64,000 bases of DNA from Chthoniobacterales bacterium (GCA_038207335.1 JBBQZX010000011.1:32001-96000), one strand, 5' to 3'. Counted from the stretch's first letter, positions 36,477-47,048 are shown. Numbers and translations are program-made. The notes: generated by a model from the letters alone, not told the origin.

Positions 36477-39400
36477 ATGAAGCTTTCCCGTCATCATCTC
36501 GCCGCACTTGCTTGCATCCTGTCCTTCGCCGCCACAGCTCCGGCGCAGGACGCCGCCGTCCCGCCGCCGTCCGCTCCGGCTGTTGCGCAGCCCGCACCCC
36601 CGCCCGCGCCAGCGCCGCTCGACCCAAAACTCCTCAAGCAGTTCGAGGCGATCCTGAATCAAAAATTCACGCGCGATCCGGGCGAGATTTTCCGCAGCAT
36701 CGAGCGGGCGGTGACGAAAGATTCGCTGAATGCGACGGAGCAATTCGTCGCCGATTTTCGCACAGGGAGCTGGGGAAAAATCCGTGAGCAACTCGGGCAG
36801 ATGCCGCCGGAGCTGGCGCGCAAGATTTACGACAAGATGCTGGCTGACCTCACCGAGAAGCCGAAGCCCAACGTGCGGCTCGACGACGTGCTCGCGCTGG
36901 CGGACGCGGTGCCGGGTGAATTCACATGGGACGAGGTGCACCGGCTCGGGCAGCTCCTCGGCCTCGCGGTGCCCGCAAATGAAGCCTACTGGCTCTCGGA
37001 TCGGCTGAAAAAGGGCACCGAAAAGCTCGGCGGCACGGACTCCGCGAAGCGCCTGCTCGCCGGTCGCGTCCTGCTCGCGGGGGGATTCAAGGATCTCGCC
37101 CGCATTTACCTCCCGCAGTTCGAGCAGATGCAGGACATCGCCGATGAAGGCGTGCGCAATGAGGTGGCCGCATTCCTGACTTCGCAGCGCGAGAGCGAGG
37201 ATGCGCAGCGCGGATTGGTGCAGCGAATTTGGGACGAAAACATGCGCCTTCTCACGCTCCCAAAGGTCAACGAATGGGAGCGCTCGAAGGCCGCGCAGGC
37301 GATGGCCAAGGTCATCACGCAAATCCCGCCGACCACGCTCGCGCCGGTTTTCTCCTCGATGGTGAAGGACAACCCGGACGGCGCGGTGCGCCTGCTCACG
37401 GGCCTCGGAACCAAGCTCCAGAGCGAATCCCGCGGCGAGGAACTCGTGCGCACGGAAAACCTCAAGGCGCAGGCAACCCTCGCGAATTTGCTCGCGGAGA
37501 ACGTCGATCTCAACGCGCAGCCGTGGAGCCAGCTTTCGCAGATGATGGCCGAGTTTTGGATCAGCGAGGCGGAGACGACCTTCGCGCAAAAGACCAGCAC
37601 CGCGAACAACAAGGAGCGTTTCGTCGCGCCCGAGGAACTGCTCCCGACTGCTCCCGACGGCAAGTGGGAGGCCGCGCTGCCGCCGGGCGTGCGCGAGCGG
37701 CTCGACGCGGCCATTTCCAAAATCATCCTCGTCGGCGCGAACTTCGACCGCGCTGCTGACCGCATCGTCGAGATCGGCAAGCGCAATCCGGAGGCGGGCG
37801 TCGCGCTCGCGGAGGACTTCCTCACCGTCTGGGCGAAGTCGCACAATCCGCAACTCCCGGAGGCGCTCCGAAAGAAATACGAGCTCGCCGACGACGCGCG
37901 AATTCCCGTCACGCCGATCATGATGGAGAAGAACGTGGAGAGCCTCGCGCGCATGATGGCGCTCTTCCGGGCGGCGGGGATCGCGCCGAAGGACTACGAG
38001 AAAGTCGTGAACGCATTCGATCTCGCCTACAGCGACGCCGAGGCGTATCGGACCGCGCACATCGAGAAGGTTTTCGGTCCGCTGGAGAAAATGGATGAGC
38101 CGCTTTTCTTCCTCATCCTCTCGCGCATGAACGCCAATCTCGCGGAGCGCTGGCGCAAGATGGACGTGCAGAAAGCCGGGCTCACACATCGCGACGAAAC
38201 GCAAACGCTGGGGATGGTCCGCGCAGGTTACGCAGGCGCGCTGAGCATGATAAACGCGTGGCTGGCCGGGCATCCCGACGGCTCGCGCGCACTCACGCTC
38301 GCAGGCACGCTGCTCACGGACTGGGGCGACTTCGAATATTTCCAGGAGCTGGTCACCGGCGACGCGAAGAAGCGCATGGTCGGCTACAAGGAGAGGAATT
38401 TGCAGGCGCAGGAATACTTCCGGCGCGGCGTGGAAAGCTACGCGAAGACCGTGCCGAGTCTCACGCCCGCGGACTACTCCGTGGATGCGTATCTCGGCTG
38501 GTTCCACGGCCTGCTCGGCATCGGCTCGGGCGGTCAGCTCAATCTTTCCAAAACCATGAATCGCGCCGCGCTAAACAGGATTCGCGAGCAAATGCTGGCG
38601 CTTCCGGGCAAGGCGGCGCAGGCGCACATCAGCCTCTTCGCGAAGATCGTGAATGCGCGGCTCGCGGACGAAAAGAACCCGCTGAACGAGGACCTGAAAT
38701 ACCGCTACCTCGCGAGCGCGCTCATCATCACGAAGGACGATCCTTTTACCCTCGGTGCGGAAAAGAAGGTCGCGTATCTCGACGAACTGCTCAGCGAAAT
38801 CCGCCTGCAAACCCGCGTGGACGGGCCGAACACCGTGGGCCGCGATCAGGAGTTCGGAATCGTCGTCAGCCTCATCCACACCGAGGCCATGGGCCGTGTC
38901 GCGGACTTCGGACAGTATCTCAGCAACGACCCGAACGCGGGACCCGGAAAGCCGCGGAAGAAATCGCCGCTCGCGAGAAAGATGCGCGATGCGCAGGGCG
39001 CACGCGATGAGCTGGAACTCGACCTCACCGACGCGCTCTCGCCGTTCTTCGACATCAAGACGATCATCTTTTCGCCGCCCGAGGTGAAGCCGCGCCCGAC
39101 CGCGCAGCCGGGCTGGGAGGAAACCGTGCTCGCCTACCTCCTCGTGCGGGTGAAGGACGCCAGCGTGGACAAAATCCCGCCGGTCGAAATGGAGCTGAAA
39201 TTCATGGACCTGACCGGCCCCGTGACAATCCCCGCGCAGTCGGCGGAGACCGTGATCAAGGTCGGTACGGACAACATTCCGCCGCGTCCCGCGAAGCAGA
39301 TCGAAATCACGGAGACGCTCGACAACCGGCAGTTCGCGATCAACGGCTCGCTGCTGCTCGAGGTCAAAGCCGTCGCGAACGGGCTGGTGCCGGAACTCGA

Positions 39401-40046
39401 CCAATTGCTCGACCTCGAGTCGCTGAAAAAAGTGGCCGCAGTAAAGGCCATCAACCCGCACGAGGGCCTGCAGGTGAAGGACATCAATACGTGGGGCGAT
39501 GAAGTCGCGCCGCGCTCCGAGCGGCTCTGGACCATCGTGCTCGACGGCGATCCGATCCGTGCGGCTGAGGGGCAGACAACGCTCCCGCTCCCGCCGTCGA
39601 AAGAGAAGGACGTCAACGTCGTTTACCAGACTTACGAGGAAATGAATCTCAAACCGCTGCAGCAGCCATCGGTGACGATCAGCCGCACCGCGTCGGCTGG
39701 AGGCGTGGCAGAAAGTGGCAGATCGCATCCCGGCCGCTGGCTCGGATTCGGTGCCGCGTTGCTCGTCCTCGCGGGTTTGATTTTCGCATTCCTCAAACGC
39801 AGCACCGGAGCCTGCGATCAAGCCGCCACCACAAGCGAGGCCTTCAAAATGCCCGGCGAAGTGGATGGCTTCGCGATCGTCGCCCTGCTGCGCCGCCTGC
39901 GCGCCAATCTCGGCGAACCGCATCAGCAGGAACTCCAGCAAGATATCCAACGCGTGCAGCAATCGTGCTTCGGCACCACCGCCGTCGCGATGTCCGAAAC
40001 CGACCTGCGCACCCTAGCCGAAAAGTGGCTGCGAACGGCCCGCTAA
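36477..40046 (+). CDS. Large secreted, C-terminally membrane-anchored protein (1189 aa) of unknown function
   Basis: Signal peptide, Pro-rich linker, long helical region, beta-rich segment, one TM (WLGFGAALLVLAGLIFAFL) and a short cytoplasmic helical tail. Confidence 0.85.
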   Translation: MKLSRHHLAALACILSFAATAPAQDAAVPPPSAPAVAQPAPPPAPAPLDPKLLKQFEAILNQKFTRDPGEIFRSIERAVTKDSLNATEQFVADFRTGSWGKIREQLGQMPPELARKIYDKMLADLTEKPKPNVRLDDVLALADAVPGEFTWDEVHRLGQLLGLAVPANEAYWLSDRLKKGTEKLGGTDSAKRLLAGRVLLAGGFKDLARIYLPQFEQMQDIADEGVRNEVAAFLTSQRESEDAQRGLVQRIWDENMRLLTLPKVNEWERSKAAQAMAKVITQIPPTTLAPVFSSMVKDNPDGAVRLLTGLGTKLQSESRGEELVRTENLKAQATLANLLAENVDLNAQPWSQLSQMMAEFWISEAETTFAQKTSTANNKERFVAPEELLPTAPDGKWEAALPPGVRERLDAAISKIILVGANFDRAADRIVEIGKRNPEAGVALAEDFLTVWAKSHNPQLPEALRKKYELADDARIPVTPIMMEKNVESLARMMALFRAAGIAPKDYEKVVNAFDLAYSDAEAYRTAHIEKVFGPLEKMDEPLFFLILSRMNANLAERWRKMDVQKAGLTHRDETQTLGMVRAGYAGALSMINAWLAGHPDGSRALTLAGTLLTDWGDFEYFQELVTGDAKKRMVGYKERNLQAQEYFRRGVESYAKTVPSLTPADYSVDAYLGWFHGLLGIGSGGQLNLSKTMNRAALNRIREQMLALPGKAAQAHISLFAKIVNARLADEKNPLNEDLKYRYLASALIITKDDPFTLGAEKKVAYLDELLSEIRLQTRVDGPNTVGRDQEFGIVVSLIHTEAMGRVADFGQYLSNDPNAGPGKPRKKSPLARKMRDAQGARDELELDLTDALSPFFDIKTIIFSPPEVKPRPTAQPGWEETVLAYLLVRVKDASVDKIPPVEMELKFMDLTGPVTIPAQSAETVIKVGTDNIPPRPAKQIEITETLDNRQFAINGSLLLEVKAVANGLVPELDQLLDLESLKKVAAVKAINPHEGLQVKDINTWGDEVAPRSERLWTIVLDGDPIRAAEGQTTLPLPPSKEKDVNVVYQTYEEMNLKPLQQPSVTISRTASAGGVAESGRSHPGRWLGFGAALLVLAGLIFAFLKRSTGACDQAATTSEAFKMPGEVDGFAIVALLRRLRANLGEPHQQELQQDIQRVQQSCFGTTAVAMSETDLRTLAEKWLRTAR

Positions 40047-40060
40047 AAACTCTCACTCCA

Positions 40061-41065
40061 ATGGAAACCACCACCAAACCACCCACTGCCGCGGCTCCGC
40101 AGACTGCGCAGCAATTCGTCGCCGGAGTCCGGGAGCGCGTCGCGAAAATCGTCGTTGGGCAGGATGTCGTCGTCGAGCGCGTCATGATCGCGCTGCTCAC
40201 CGGCGGCCATCTGCTGCTGCAAGGTCTGCCGGGCCTCGCGAAAACGCTGCTCGTTAACGCCGTCGCGAAGGCCATCAACCTCGATTTCAAGCGCGTCCAG
40301 TTCACCGTCGATATGCTGCCGTCCGACATCATCGGCTCGGAGATCATCGACCAAAAAACCGGCGACTTCCGCATCCACCAAGGCCCCGTTTTTACCAATC
40401 TCCTGCTCGCCGATGAGATCAATCGCGCCGCGCCGAAAGTGCAGGGCGCGATGCTCGAAGCGATGCAGGAACGCAAGGTCACCATCGGCGGCCAGAGCCT
40501 GAAACTGCCCACGCCATTCCTCGTCATCGCCACGCAGAATCCGGTCGAGCAGTCGGGCACCTTTGAGCTGCCGGAGGCGCAGCTCGACCGTTTCATGCTG
40601 CTGCACCGGCTCGGATATCCGGGCCGCGACGACGAGCAAATGATCCTCCAGCGCCAGCTCGGCATGGGCCTGCGACGCGAAGGAGGCGGCGCGGTGCCGC
40701 GGTCGGCGTTCGACATGATCGAGGATAATCCGGGCGCGTCGGTCGAGGATCTCGTCACCGCGATGGAAGCGGTGCAGGCCGTGCATGTGAGCGAGGTGTT
40801 CGTGAAGCACTGCGTCGATCTCGTCCGCCGCACGCGCGAGTCGAAGCACCTGGACTTCGGCTGCAGCCCGCGCGCCGGACTCGCATTGATCAATGCCGCC
40901 CGAGCCCGCGCAGTCATTCACGGGCGCGACTACGTGACGCCCGAGGATTTGTTCGAACTCGCCGAGGACGTGGTGCTCCACCGCATCCGCGTGAGCTACG
41001 AAGCCTCCGCTGCCGGCCACACCGGCGCGCAAGTGCTGGAGTCGATCCTCGCCGATCTCGGGTAG
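40061..41065 (+). CDS. moxR: MoxR-family AAA+ ATPase
   Basis: GHLLLQGLPGLAKT, RVQFTVDMLPSDI.G, LLADEINRA, ATQNPVEQSGTF.LPEAQLDRF and SPRA. Start at 40061. Confidence 0.95.
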   Translation: METTTKPPTAAAPQTAQQFVAGVRERVAKIVVGQDVVVERVMIALLTGGHLLLQGLPGLAKTLLVNAVAKAINLDFKRVQFTVDMLPSDIIGSEIIDQKTGDFRIHQGPVFTNLLLADEINRAAPKVQGAMLEAMQERKVTIGGQSLKLPTPFLVIATQNPVEQSGTFELPEAQLDRFMLLHRLGYPGRDDEQMILQRQLGMGLRREGGGAVPRSAFDMIEDNPGASVEDLVTAMEAVQAVHVSEVFVKHCVDLVRRTRESKHLDFGCSPRAGLALINAARARAVIHGRDYVTPEDLFELAEDVVLHRIRVSYEASAAGHTGAQVLESILADLG

Positions 41066-41074
41066 ACCCACGAC

Positions 41075-41938
41075 ATGCGCCGGCAAGTCAGACTTAACCA
41101 AGACCCCGTCGATGCGCGGCAGTTCGAGGTGGCGGTGAAGCACCTCGCGAACAGCCTGAACTTCGGGCAGGAGGAGTCGGTCTTTCACGGCGCGGGGCTC
41201 GAGTATGCGCAGTCGCGGCTTTATGTGGCAGGCGATCCGGTGAAGTTCATCGATTGGAAAGTCTCGGCGCGTGTCGGGAAGCTTTTCATCAAGGAATTTC
41301 AGGAGCCGAAACAGATCCCGCTCTACCTGCTGCTCGATACTTCGGCGTCCATGTGCATCACCTCGCAGCCGCTGAGCAAATACGCGTGGGCGGTGCAAAT
41401 CGCCACCGGCATCGCACTCGCGGCGCAGGCCAATGTCACGCCTGTCGGACTGCTCGGCTGCGGCGCGCGCGAGCTGCATGTGCGTCCCACGCTTTCGCGC
41501 AATGTCGTGATGGAATGGTCGCACCAGCTCCGGCATCACGACTTTCTCGAGGAGACTTCGCTGGCGCATCGCGCGCGTGAAGTCGCACCTTCGCTCAAGC
41601 GCCGCACGATGATCATCGTGCTCAGCGATCTGCACGATCCCGAGGCGTTCCCGGCACTGCAAGTCCTCGCGCAGGAGCACGACTGCATCGTGCTGCATCT
41701 GCAGGATCCGGCGGAGTTGCGGGTGAAAGGTGCGGGCCTTTTTCGCGGCGTGGAGGCGGAGTCGGGCCGGGCGTTCATCGGCCACGGACGACGCGCGTGG
41801 ATCGATGCGGAAGGCTGGAAGAGCGAGCTGACGCGCTTCGGCATCGACTATCTGCATCTGCTCACGGATCAGCCGATCCTAGGCAAGCTGCGCCATTTTC
41901 TCAAACGCCGTGGTTTCGGCGGCAGCGCGGGACGATGA
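41075..41938 (+). CDS. DUF58 domain protein
   Basis: G.GLEY...R.Y..GD....IDWKVSAR, LLLDTSASM and IVLSD. Confidence 0.92.
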   Translation: MRRQVRLNQDPVDARQFEVAVKHLANSLNFGQEESVFHGAGLEYAQSRLYVAGDPVKFIDWKVSARVGKLFIKEFQEPKQIPLYLLLDTSASMCITSQPLSKYAWAVQIATGIALAAQANVTPVGLLGCGARELHVRPTLSRNVVMEWSHQLRHHDFLEETSLAHRAREVAPSLKRRTMIIVLSDLHDPEAFPALQVLAQEHDCIVLHLQDPAELRVKGAGLFRGVEAESGRAFIGHGRRAWIDAEGWKSELTRFGIDYLHLLTDQPILGKLRHFLKRRGFGGSAGR

Positions 41939-42786
41939 GCAAGGAGCCGCCGCAATTTGAATGGATCCGGAAAGGCTGGCTGCTCGCAGGGATCGTCGTC
42001 GCGCTCGGGGTCTGGCTTTTCACCCGCCCGGCAAAGCAGACCGACTCGCTGAACGTACCGCTTGGCGTGGAGCAGGCAGCGATCGTGACCTACAGCGGAC
42101 CGGCCATTGCGGTGACTCCTTACAAATGGGGCGTGGCCGTGAACGTGCGCATCGCGCGGGTGAACGAGCAGCCCGGCGCGCGGATTTACGACGTGCGTTA
42201 CATCGTCAATCGACCGGGCACTTTCGATCTCAAGGACTTCCTCACGGCCGAAGATGGCGGCGCGCTGGAAAATCTTCCGTCGTTCCAATTTCACGGCGAT
42301 CCGAAGCTCTCGAAGCAGCTCGACACGCGAATTCAGGAAACCGAGGAAGTCAGCGTGAATGTCGGCGGACACTACTACGTCACGCTCGCCGGGCTCGCGA
42401 TGTTTTGGATCGTGTGGCTGCTGCTGCTCCTCTTTTACAAGCGGTCGAAGCCGCCACAGCCCGCAGCGCCGCCACAGCCCGAGCCGACATTCGCGGAGAT
42501 GCTGCGCGGCTTTCTCGCCCAGCTCGAAAGCGGCACGCTCGACGCCGAGGCGAAGGCGAAAATGGAAATGCTCCTGCTCCGGCGTTGGCGCGAAGAACTC
42601 GCGCTTGAAGGCACGCCGATGAGGGCGGCGCTCGACGCGATCGGCAGAAATGAAAAGACCGGGAATCCGCTTCGGCAATTGGAGGACTGGCTGCATCGGC
42701 CCGCGTCGAATGTGCGCCGCGAGGAGATCGCGGCCGTCCTTTTGCCCTACGCAATCGAAGCGCCGAAAGCGGACGTCACGGCATGA
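41935..42786 (+). CDS. Hypothetical two-TM membrane protein of the MoxR/Bat operon
   Basis: ATG at 41935 overlaps the DUF58 stop; two TM segments and a Pro-rich linker. Occupies the usual slot between DUF58 and BatA. Confidence 0.72.
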   Translation: MSKEPPQFEWIRKGWLLAGIVVALGVWLFTRPAKQTDSLNVPLGVEQAAIVTYSGPAIAVTPYKWGVAVNVRIARVNEQPGARIYDVRYIVNRPGTFDLKDFLTAEDGGALENLPSFQFHGDPKLSKQLDTRIQETEEVSVNVGGHYYVTLAGLAMFWIVWLLLLLFYKRSKPPQPAAPPQPEPTFAEMLRGFLAQLESGTLDAEAKAKMEMLLLRRWREELALEGTPMRAALDAIGRNEKTGNPLRQLEDWLHRPASNVRREEIAAVLLPYAIEAPKADVTA

Positions 42787-43751
42787 TTTTTCTCCATCCG
42801 CAATGGCTCGGCCTGCTCGCGCTCCCGGTGATCCTTGCCTTTTGGGAATGGGTCCGGCGCGGCCAGCCCATCGCGCTGCCGTTCGATCACGGACGGCAGC
42901 GGCAAGGGCGCGTGCTGCGTTTCTTCGTGCAATGCGCGAACTGCCTGCCCGCCGCGCTGCTTGCGCTGGCGATCATTTTCCTCGCGCACCCGATGACTTT
43001 CACGCCGCCGGAAGTGGAGCGCCAACTCACCAACGTCCAGTTCCTTCTGGATACCTCCGGCAGCATGGCCGAGAACCACGGCTCGCAGACGAATGGACGC
43101 CATCGTCGCTTCGACTCGGCGATGGATGCGATCGAGAAATTCGTCGAATACCGCAAGGGCGACGCCTTCGGCCTCACGATCTTCTCGCGGTATTTCATCC
43201 ACTGGGTGCCGCTCACGCTCGACACGCAGTCCATCCTGCTCGCGCGGCCATTCATCCAGCCGGACAACCCGCATCTCGACCCGCCGTCCATGGGCCGCCA
43301 CGGTCTTCCCGACGCACAGTGGGGCAACACGTTCATCGGTAAAGCGCTCCTCGGTGCCAGCGACTACCTCGCCGAACGCCCTAACGGCGACCGCATGATC
43401 ATCCTCATGACCGACGGTGAAAGCCCGGACATCAAGCCCCCGCAGGACGGCCCGATCATCGCCGCCTTGAAGGCGCAAGGCATCACCGTCTTCGGCATCA
43501 TGATGACCAGCGAGAAGATCGAGCCCGCGCTCGTCGGCATCGTGCGCGCGACCGGCGGCGAAGTCTTCAACGCCGCCACGCCCGAGGCGCTGCAAGCCGT
43601 CTTCCACCGCATCGACGAGATGAAAAAAGTCGTCGTGCTAGAGAAGAAACCTCAGACCGCCGATCACTACGACCCGTTCTTCGTGCCTGCGCTCATAGCG
43701 CTCGCCCTCAGTCTCCTCGCGCTCTTCGGACTCCGCTTCACGCCTTGGTGA
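42783..43751 (+). CDS. BatA-like VWA-domain protein
   Basis: N-terminal MIFLHPQWLGLLALP, MIDAS DTSGS, PLTLD, T.IG.AL, MTDGE and a C-terminal TM. Confidence 0.9.
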   Translation: MIFLHPQWLGLLALPVILAFWEWVRRGQPIALPFDHGRQRQGRVLRFFVQCANCLPAALLALAIIFLAHPMTFTPPEVERQLTNVQFLLDTSGSMAENHGSQTNGRHRRFDSAMDAIEKFVEYRKGDAFGLTIFSRYFIHWVPLTLDTQSILLARPFIQPDNPHLDPPSMGRHGLPDAQWGNTFIGKALLGASDYLAERPNGDRMIILMTDGESPDIKPPQDGPIIAALKAQGITVFGIMMTSEKIEPALVGIVRATGGEVFNAATPEALQAVFHRIDEMKKVVVLEKKPQTADHYDPFFVPALIALALSLLALFGLRFTPW

Positions 43752-43945
43752 CGTCCGAACCCTCGACGCAGGCGAACGCAGAGGCTCCTTCTTTCCCCGG
43801 AATCCTCGTCTTCTGCCGGTCACGATCGCATCGGATAACAACACGGGGAAAGCAGGATTGATGGGGTGATTTTCGGGTGCTCGTCTTGCTTGCTTTTGCA
43901 AGCAGCAACGACGTTGCTCGTCTGAGGCCAGAGCGTCGAGGAGGT

Positions 43946-44018
43946 CTGAAAGAAGCTGGAGAAGGAAAACTGCCGGCTCAAGATGCTGGTGGCGGACCTG
44001 TCTCTGAACAACTCAATG
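43946..44018 (+). mobile_element. Degenerate IS3-family transposase orfA fragment
   Basis: 43953-44018 translates as KLEKENCRLKMLVADLSLNNSM, matching the IS3 OrfA leucine-zipper pattern. No intact ORF or terminal repeats seen. Confidence 0.65.
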
Positions 44019-44669
44019 GACGCGGTACAGTGCTTCCAGGAGGTCCGTGGCGCAGGTTGCCGCACGACTTGCTGCCCCTTCGGCAGGCCATCCAATGGGT
44101 TGGAGACAGGGGTCGCGGAACGGAGCGAAGAGCCCTGTGCGGTGATCCTCGATGGGCGCGCGGCTCGACCGACCACGACAAAGACCTGCGCGGGATCCGG
44201 GGTAGCGCAAGCTCGCGCTTTTCGAGAGTAATCTTGTTTATCTCGAACTCAACTTACTCTCGCTGCGCGGGCATGAGCCAGCGATCAAGGCTGCCGCGGG
44301 GCGAGGCGTGTAGGGCAAATACTGACCCGCGCTGGGGCGGCAATCATCACATCGTTTTCAGGGGAGTGCCACTAGGCAGCGATTGTAAAACCTTTAATAT
44401 GCCAGCGCAATCGACGGACAGAAGTCGGTGCCCGAGTTCCCGCTGCCGTGCGGGATTCGAGTGAATATGCCAAGAAGTCCACAGATCGATCCAGAGAAAA
44501 TGGTTGCACTAAATCCCAGCAACCACGTGCGGCAGCTTGTTCAAATTCAATCTGGGATTTGTTTCTTTTCGCCGTGGTGAATTTATCAAACAGATGGCGG
44601 GGTTGGGCTGGCTCCGATTCGCATGGAGAGTTGCGGGGGGCAGCTCTAGATGCCGACGCGAAAGGCGCG

Positions 44670-45434
44670 ATGAAGATGTCATCAGAACGTGAGCAAGTCG
44701 CCTCTGCGCGAGAGGATGACGACGGGACCGCCGCGCAACGCGGATTTCCCCTCTGGAAACGGTGCCTCGACCTGACGTGCATCCTGCTCACTTTGCCCGT
44801 GTGGCTGCCCTTGATGATTCTGGTCGTCCTGATAATCAAGACGGTTTCACGGGGGCCGGTCTTCTTCCGCCAGCAGCGTGTCGGTCTCGGAGGGTGCTGC
44901 TTTATGATTCTGAAATTCCGGAGCATGCAGGAGCACGCCGAAACGCGCACCCACGAAAGCTATCTCGAAGAGTTGATGCAGTCGGAGCGTCCGATGACGA
45001 AGCTGGATGCGTCAGGCGATTCCCGTCTGATTCCCGGTGGGAGACTATTCCGGGCGACCGGCTTGGATGAGTTGCCCCAGATCTTCAATGTCATCCGGGG
45101 CGAGATGAGTCTGGTGGGTCCTCGCCCGTGCACTCCCAGTGAGTTCGAACGATATCAGGCGAAGCACAAGGAGCGATTTCGGTTTCCTCCGGGGATCACG
45201 GGCTACTGGCAGGTGAATGGCAAGAACAAGACAACCTTCAGTCAGATGATCGAGATGGATCTTCACTATGGTAGCCAAATGTCGGTCTGGCTGGATTTGC
45301 TAATTATGGCAAAGACGACTCCGGCCCTGCTCCAGCAGGTATTGGCATCCCAAAGCAGAATCAAAAGGAACTATAAACAGCTATTTTGCAAGCACCTAAC
45401 CGCGATGAAAACCAATAAGAGAGCAATTAACTGA
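44670..45434 (+). CDS. Polyprenyl-phosphate sugar transferase (priming glycosyltransferase)
   Basis: KRCLD, GPVFFRQ.RVG, KFRSM, LDELPQIFNVIRGEMSLVGPRP, PGITG.WQV.G and D..Y. Start assigned to 44670. Confidence 0.93.
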   Translation: MKMSSEREQVASAREDDDGTAAQRGFPLWKRCLDLTCILLTLPVWLPLMILVVLIIKTVSRGPVFFRQQRVGLGGCCFMILKFRSMQEHAETRTHESYLEELMQSERPMTKLDASGDSRLIPGGRLFRATGLDELPQIFNVIRGEMSLVGPRPCTPSEFERYQAKHKERFRFPPGITGYWQVNGKNKTTFSQMIEMDLHYGSQMSVWLDLLIMAKTTPALLQQVLASQSRIKRNYKQLFCKHLTAMKTNKRAIN

Positions 45435-45436
45435 AT

Positions 45437-46528
45437 ATGAAGGATCGAACCTCTATCGGAATCATCGGATGTGGATATTGGGGGCCCAACCTCATCCGCA
45501 ATTTCAACTCCCTGCCCAATTGTCATGTCAAAGCGATATGCGACCTAAGCGAAGCGCGCCTCCAGCATATGCGAACCCTGTATCCGGGAGTCCAGGGAAT
45601 GACGGATTCCAAGCGCTTGATTGAAGAAAGTGACGTGGACGCTGTGGTAGTGGCAGCTCCCGTCAAACACCATTATCCGCTAGCCAAGGCAAGCCTTCTG
45701 GCAGGCAAGCACACCTTGATCGAAAAGCCGATGGCCTCATCTTCCGCCGAATGCGAAGAGTTGATCGAAATTGCGGAGCGAAACGGACTCGTCCTCATGA
45801 TCGGCCACACGTTCCTTTATTCGGCGGCGGTTCGCAAAATCGTGGACATCATCCAATCGGGAGACATCGGCGAGCTTCGTTGCATCAATTCGCGGCGGCT
45901 GAATCTGGGTTTGTTTCAAAAAGACATCAATGTGGCGTGGGATTTGGCTCCGCACGATATCTCGATCATCCTCCACGTCATTGGTGAATTTCCCAATGTC
46001 GTGAACTGCCAGGGCAATGCGCATGTCACGCCGGGCATCGAAGATGTGACGAACATGTCTCTTTCCTTCAGGCACAAGCGATTTGCGACGATTCAGAGCA
46101 GCTGGCTGGAACCGCGGAAGATTCGCGAAATGACTTTTGTGGGAACGCAACGGATGATCGTTTATGATGATCTTCAGACATTGGAAAAGATCCGCATCTA
46201 TGACACGCGCGTCGAGCGCCCACCTCACTACGACTCCTTTGCCGAGTTTCACTATTCGTATCACTACGGCGATAGTTACATTCCGTATATCAAACAGGAC
46301 GAACCGCTGAGGGTCGAGTGCCAGCATTTTCTGGAGTGCGTTGAGAAGGGCACTCCACCATTGACAGACGGTCGCGCCGGATTGGATATGGTTCGCATCC
46401 TGGAGGCCTCTTCGGAATCCCTGAAGGGGAATGGCATCCCGGTGAAATTTACCCATGCAGCCGGCCTGCTCTCTTCGGAGATCGCCAAGTCGTCGGAGCG
46501 AGTCAATCACGACCTGATTGCGGTATGA
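45437..46528 (+). CDS. Gfo/Idh/MocA oxidoreductase (nucleotide-sugar dehydrogenase, WlbA/WbpB-like)
   Basis: IGCGYWG, GKH.LIEKP and WDLAPHD. Confidence 0.9.
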   Translation: MKDRTSIGIIGCGYWGPNLIRNFNSLPNCHVKAICDLSEARLQHMRTLYPGVQGMTDSKRLIEESDVDAVVVAAPVKHHYPLAKASLLAGKHTLIEKPMASSSAECEELIEIAERNGLVLMIGHTFLYSAAVRKIVDIIQSGDIGELRCINSRRLNLGLFQKDINVAWDLAPHDISIILHVIGEFPNVVNCQGNAHVTPGIEDVTNMSLSFRHKRFATIQSSWLEPRKIREMTFVGTQRMIVYDDLQTLEKIRIYDTRVERPPHYDSFAEFHYSYHYGDSYIPYIKQDEPLRVECQHFLECVEKGTPPLTDGRAGLDMVRILEASSESLKGNGIPVKFTHAAGLLSSEIAKSSERVNHDLIAV

Positions 46529-47046
46529 ACCAGCCTTTCGGCGACACCCAGCGCATCGCTGCGGACGTGAAACTTGGCCGCGATGTAAAGATCCACGCGT
46601 TCGTGAATCTTTACGGATGCGAAATCGGCGACGAGACGAAAATCGGCACGTTCGTCGAGATTCAAAAGGGGGCGAAGATCGGATCCCGCTGCAAGATCTC
46701 GAGTCACTCGTTCATCTGCGAGGGGGTCACGATTGAGTCGGAAGTGTTTGTGGGCCACGGAGTGATGTTCATCAATGATCGCCGCCCGCGTGCGACCAAC
46801 AGCCACGGAGAGTTGCAAACGGAGGCTGATTGGTCCTGCGAATGCACCGTGGTCAAACGCGGGGCGTCCATCGGTTCCGGTGTCACGCTTCTGGGTGGAA
46901 TCAGCATTGGAGAAAATGCGGTGGTTGGGGCGGGAAGCGTCGTCACGCGCGACGTGCTGGCAAACACGACCGTTGTCGGAAATCCCGCTAAGCTTCTCAG
47001 CAGTGCAGTTGGGCGGGGTAAGTCAGTGCTCTCAATCGAAAGCTAA
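46525..47046 (+). CDS. Hexapeptide-repeat N-acetyltransferase (WlbB/QdtC-like)
   Basis: IG..TKIGTFVEIQ, KISSHSFICEGV, MFIND and VGAGSVVTRDV...VGNPA. Confidence 0.92.
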   Translation: MNQPFGDTQRIAADVKLGRDVKIHAFVNLYGCEIGDETKIGTFVEIQKGAKIGSRCKISSHSFICEGVTIESEVFVGHGVMFINDRRPRATNSHGELQTEADWSCECTVVKRGASIGSGVTLLGGISIGENAVVGAGSVVTRDVLANTTVVGNPAKLLSSAVGRGKSVLSIES

Positions 47047-47048
47047 TT

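Noticed and set aside
44195..44212. ops/JUMPStart element upstream of the polysaccharide locus
   Set aside because: GGGGTAGCGC only partly matches GGCGGTAG, is far from the first gene, and lacks the JUMPStart hairpin.
44448..44669. 74-aa N-terminal extension of the priming sugar transferase
   Set aside because: It has no family-like features and atypical composition. A start at 44670 or 44676 is more plausible.
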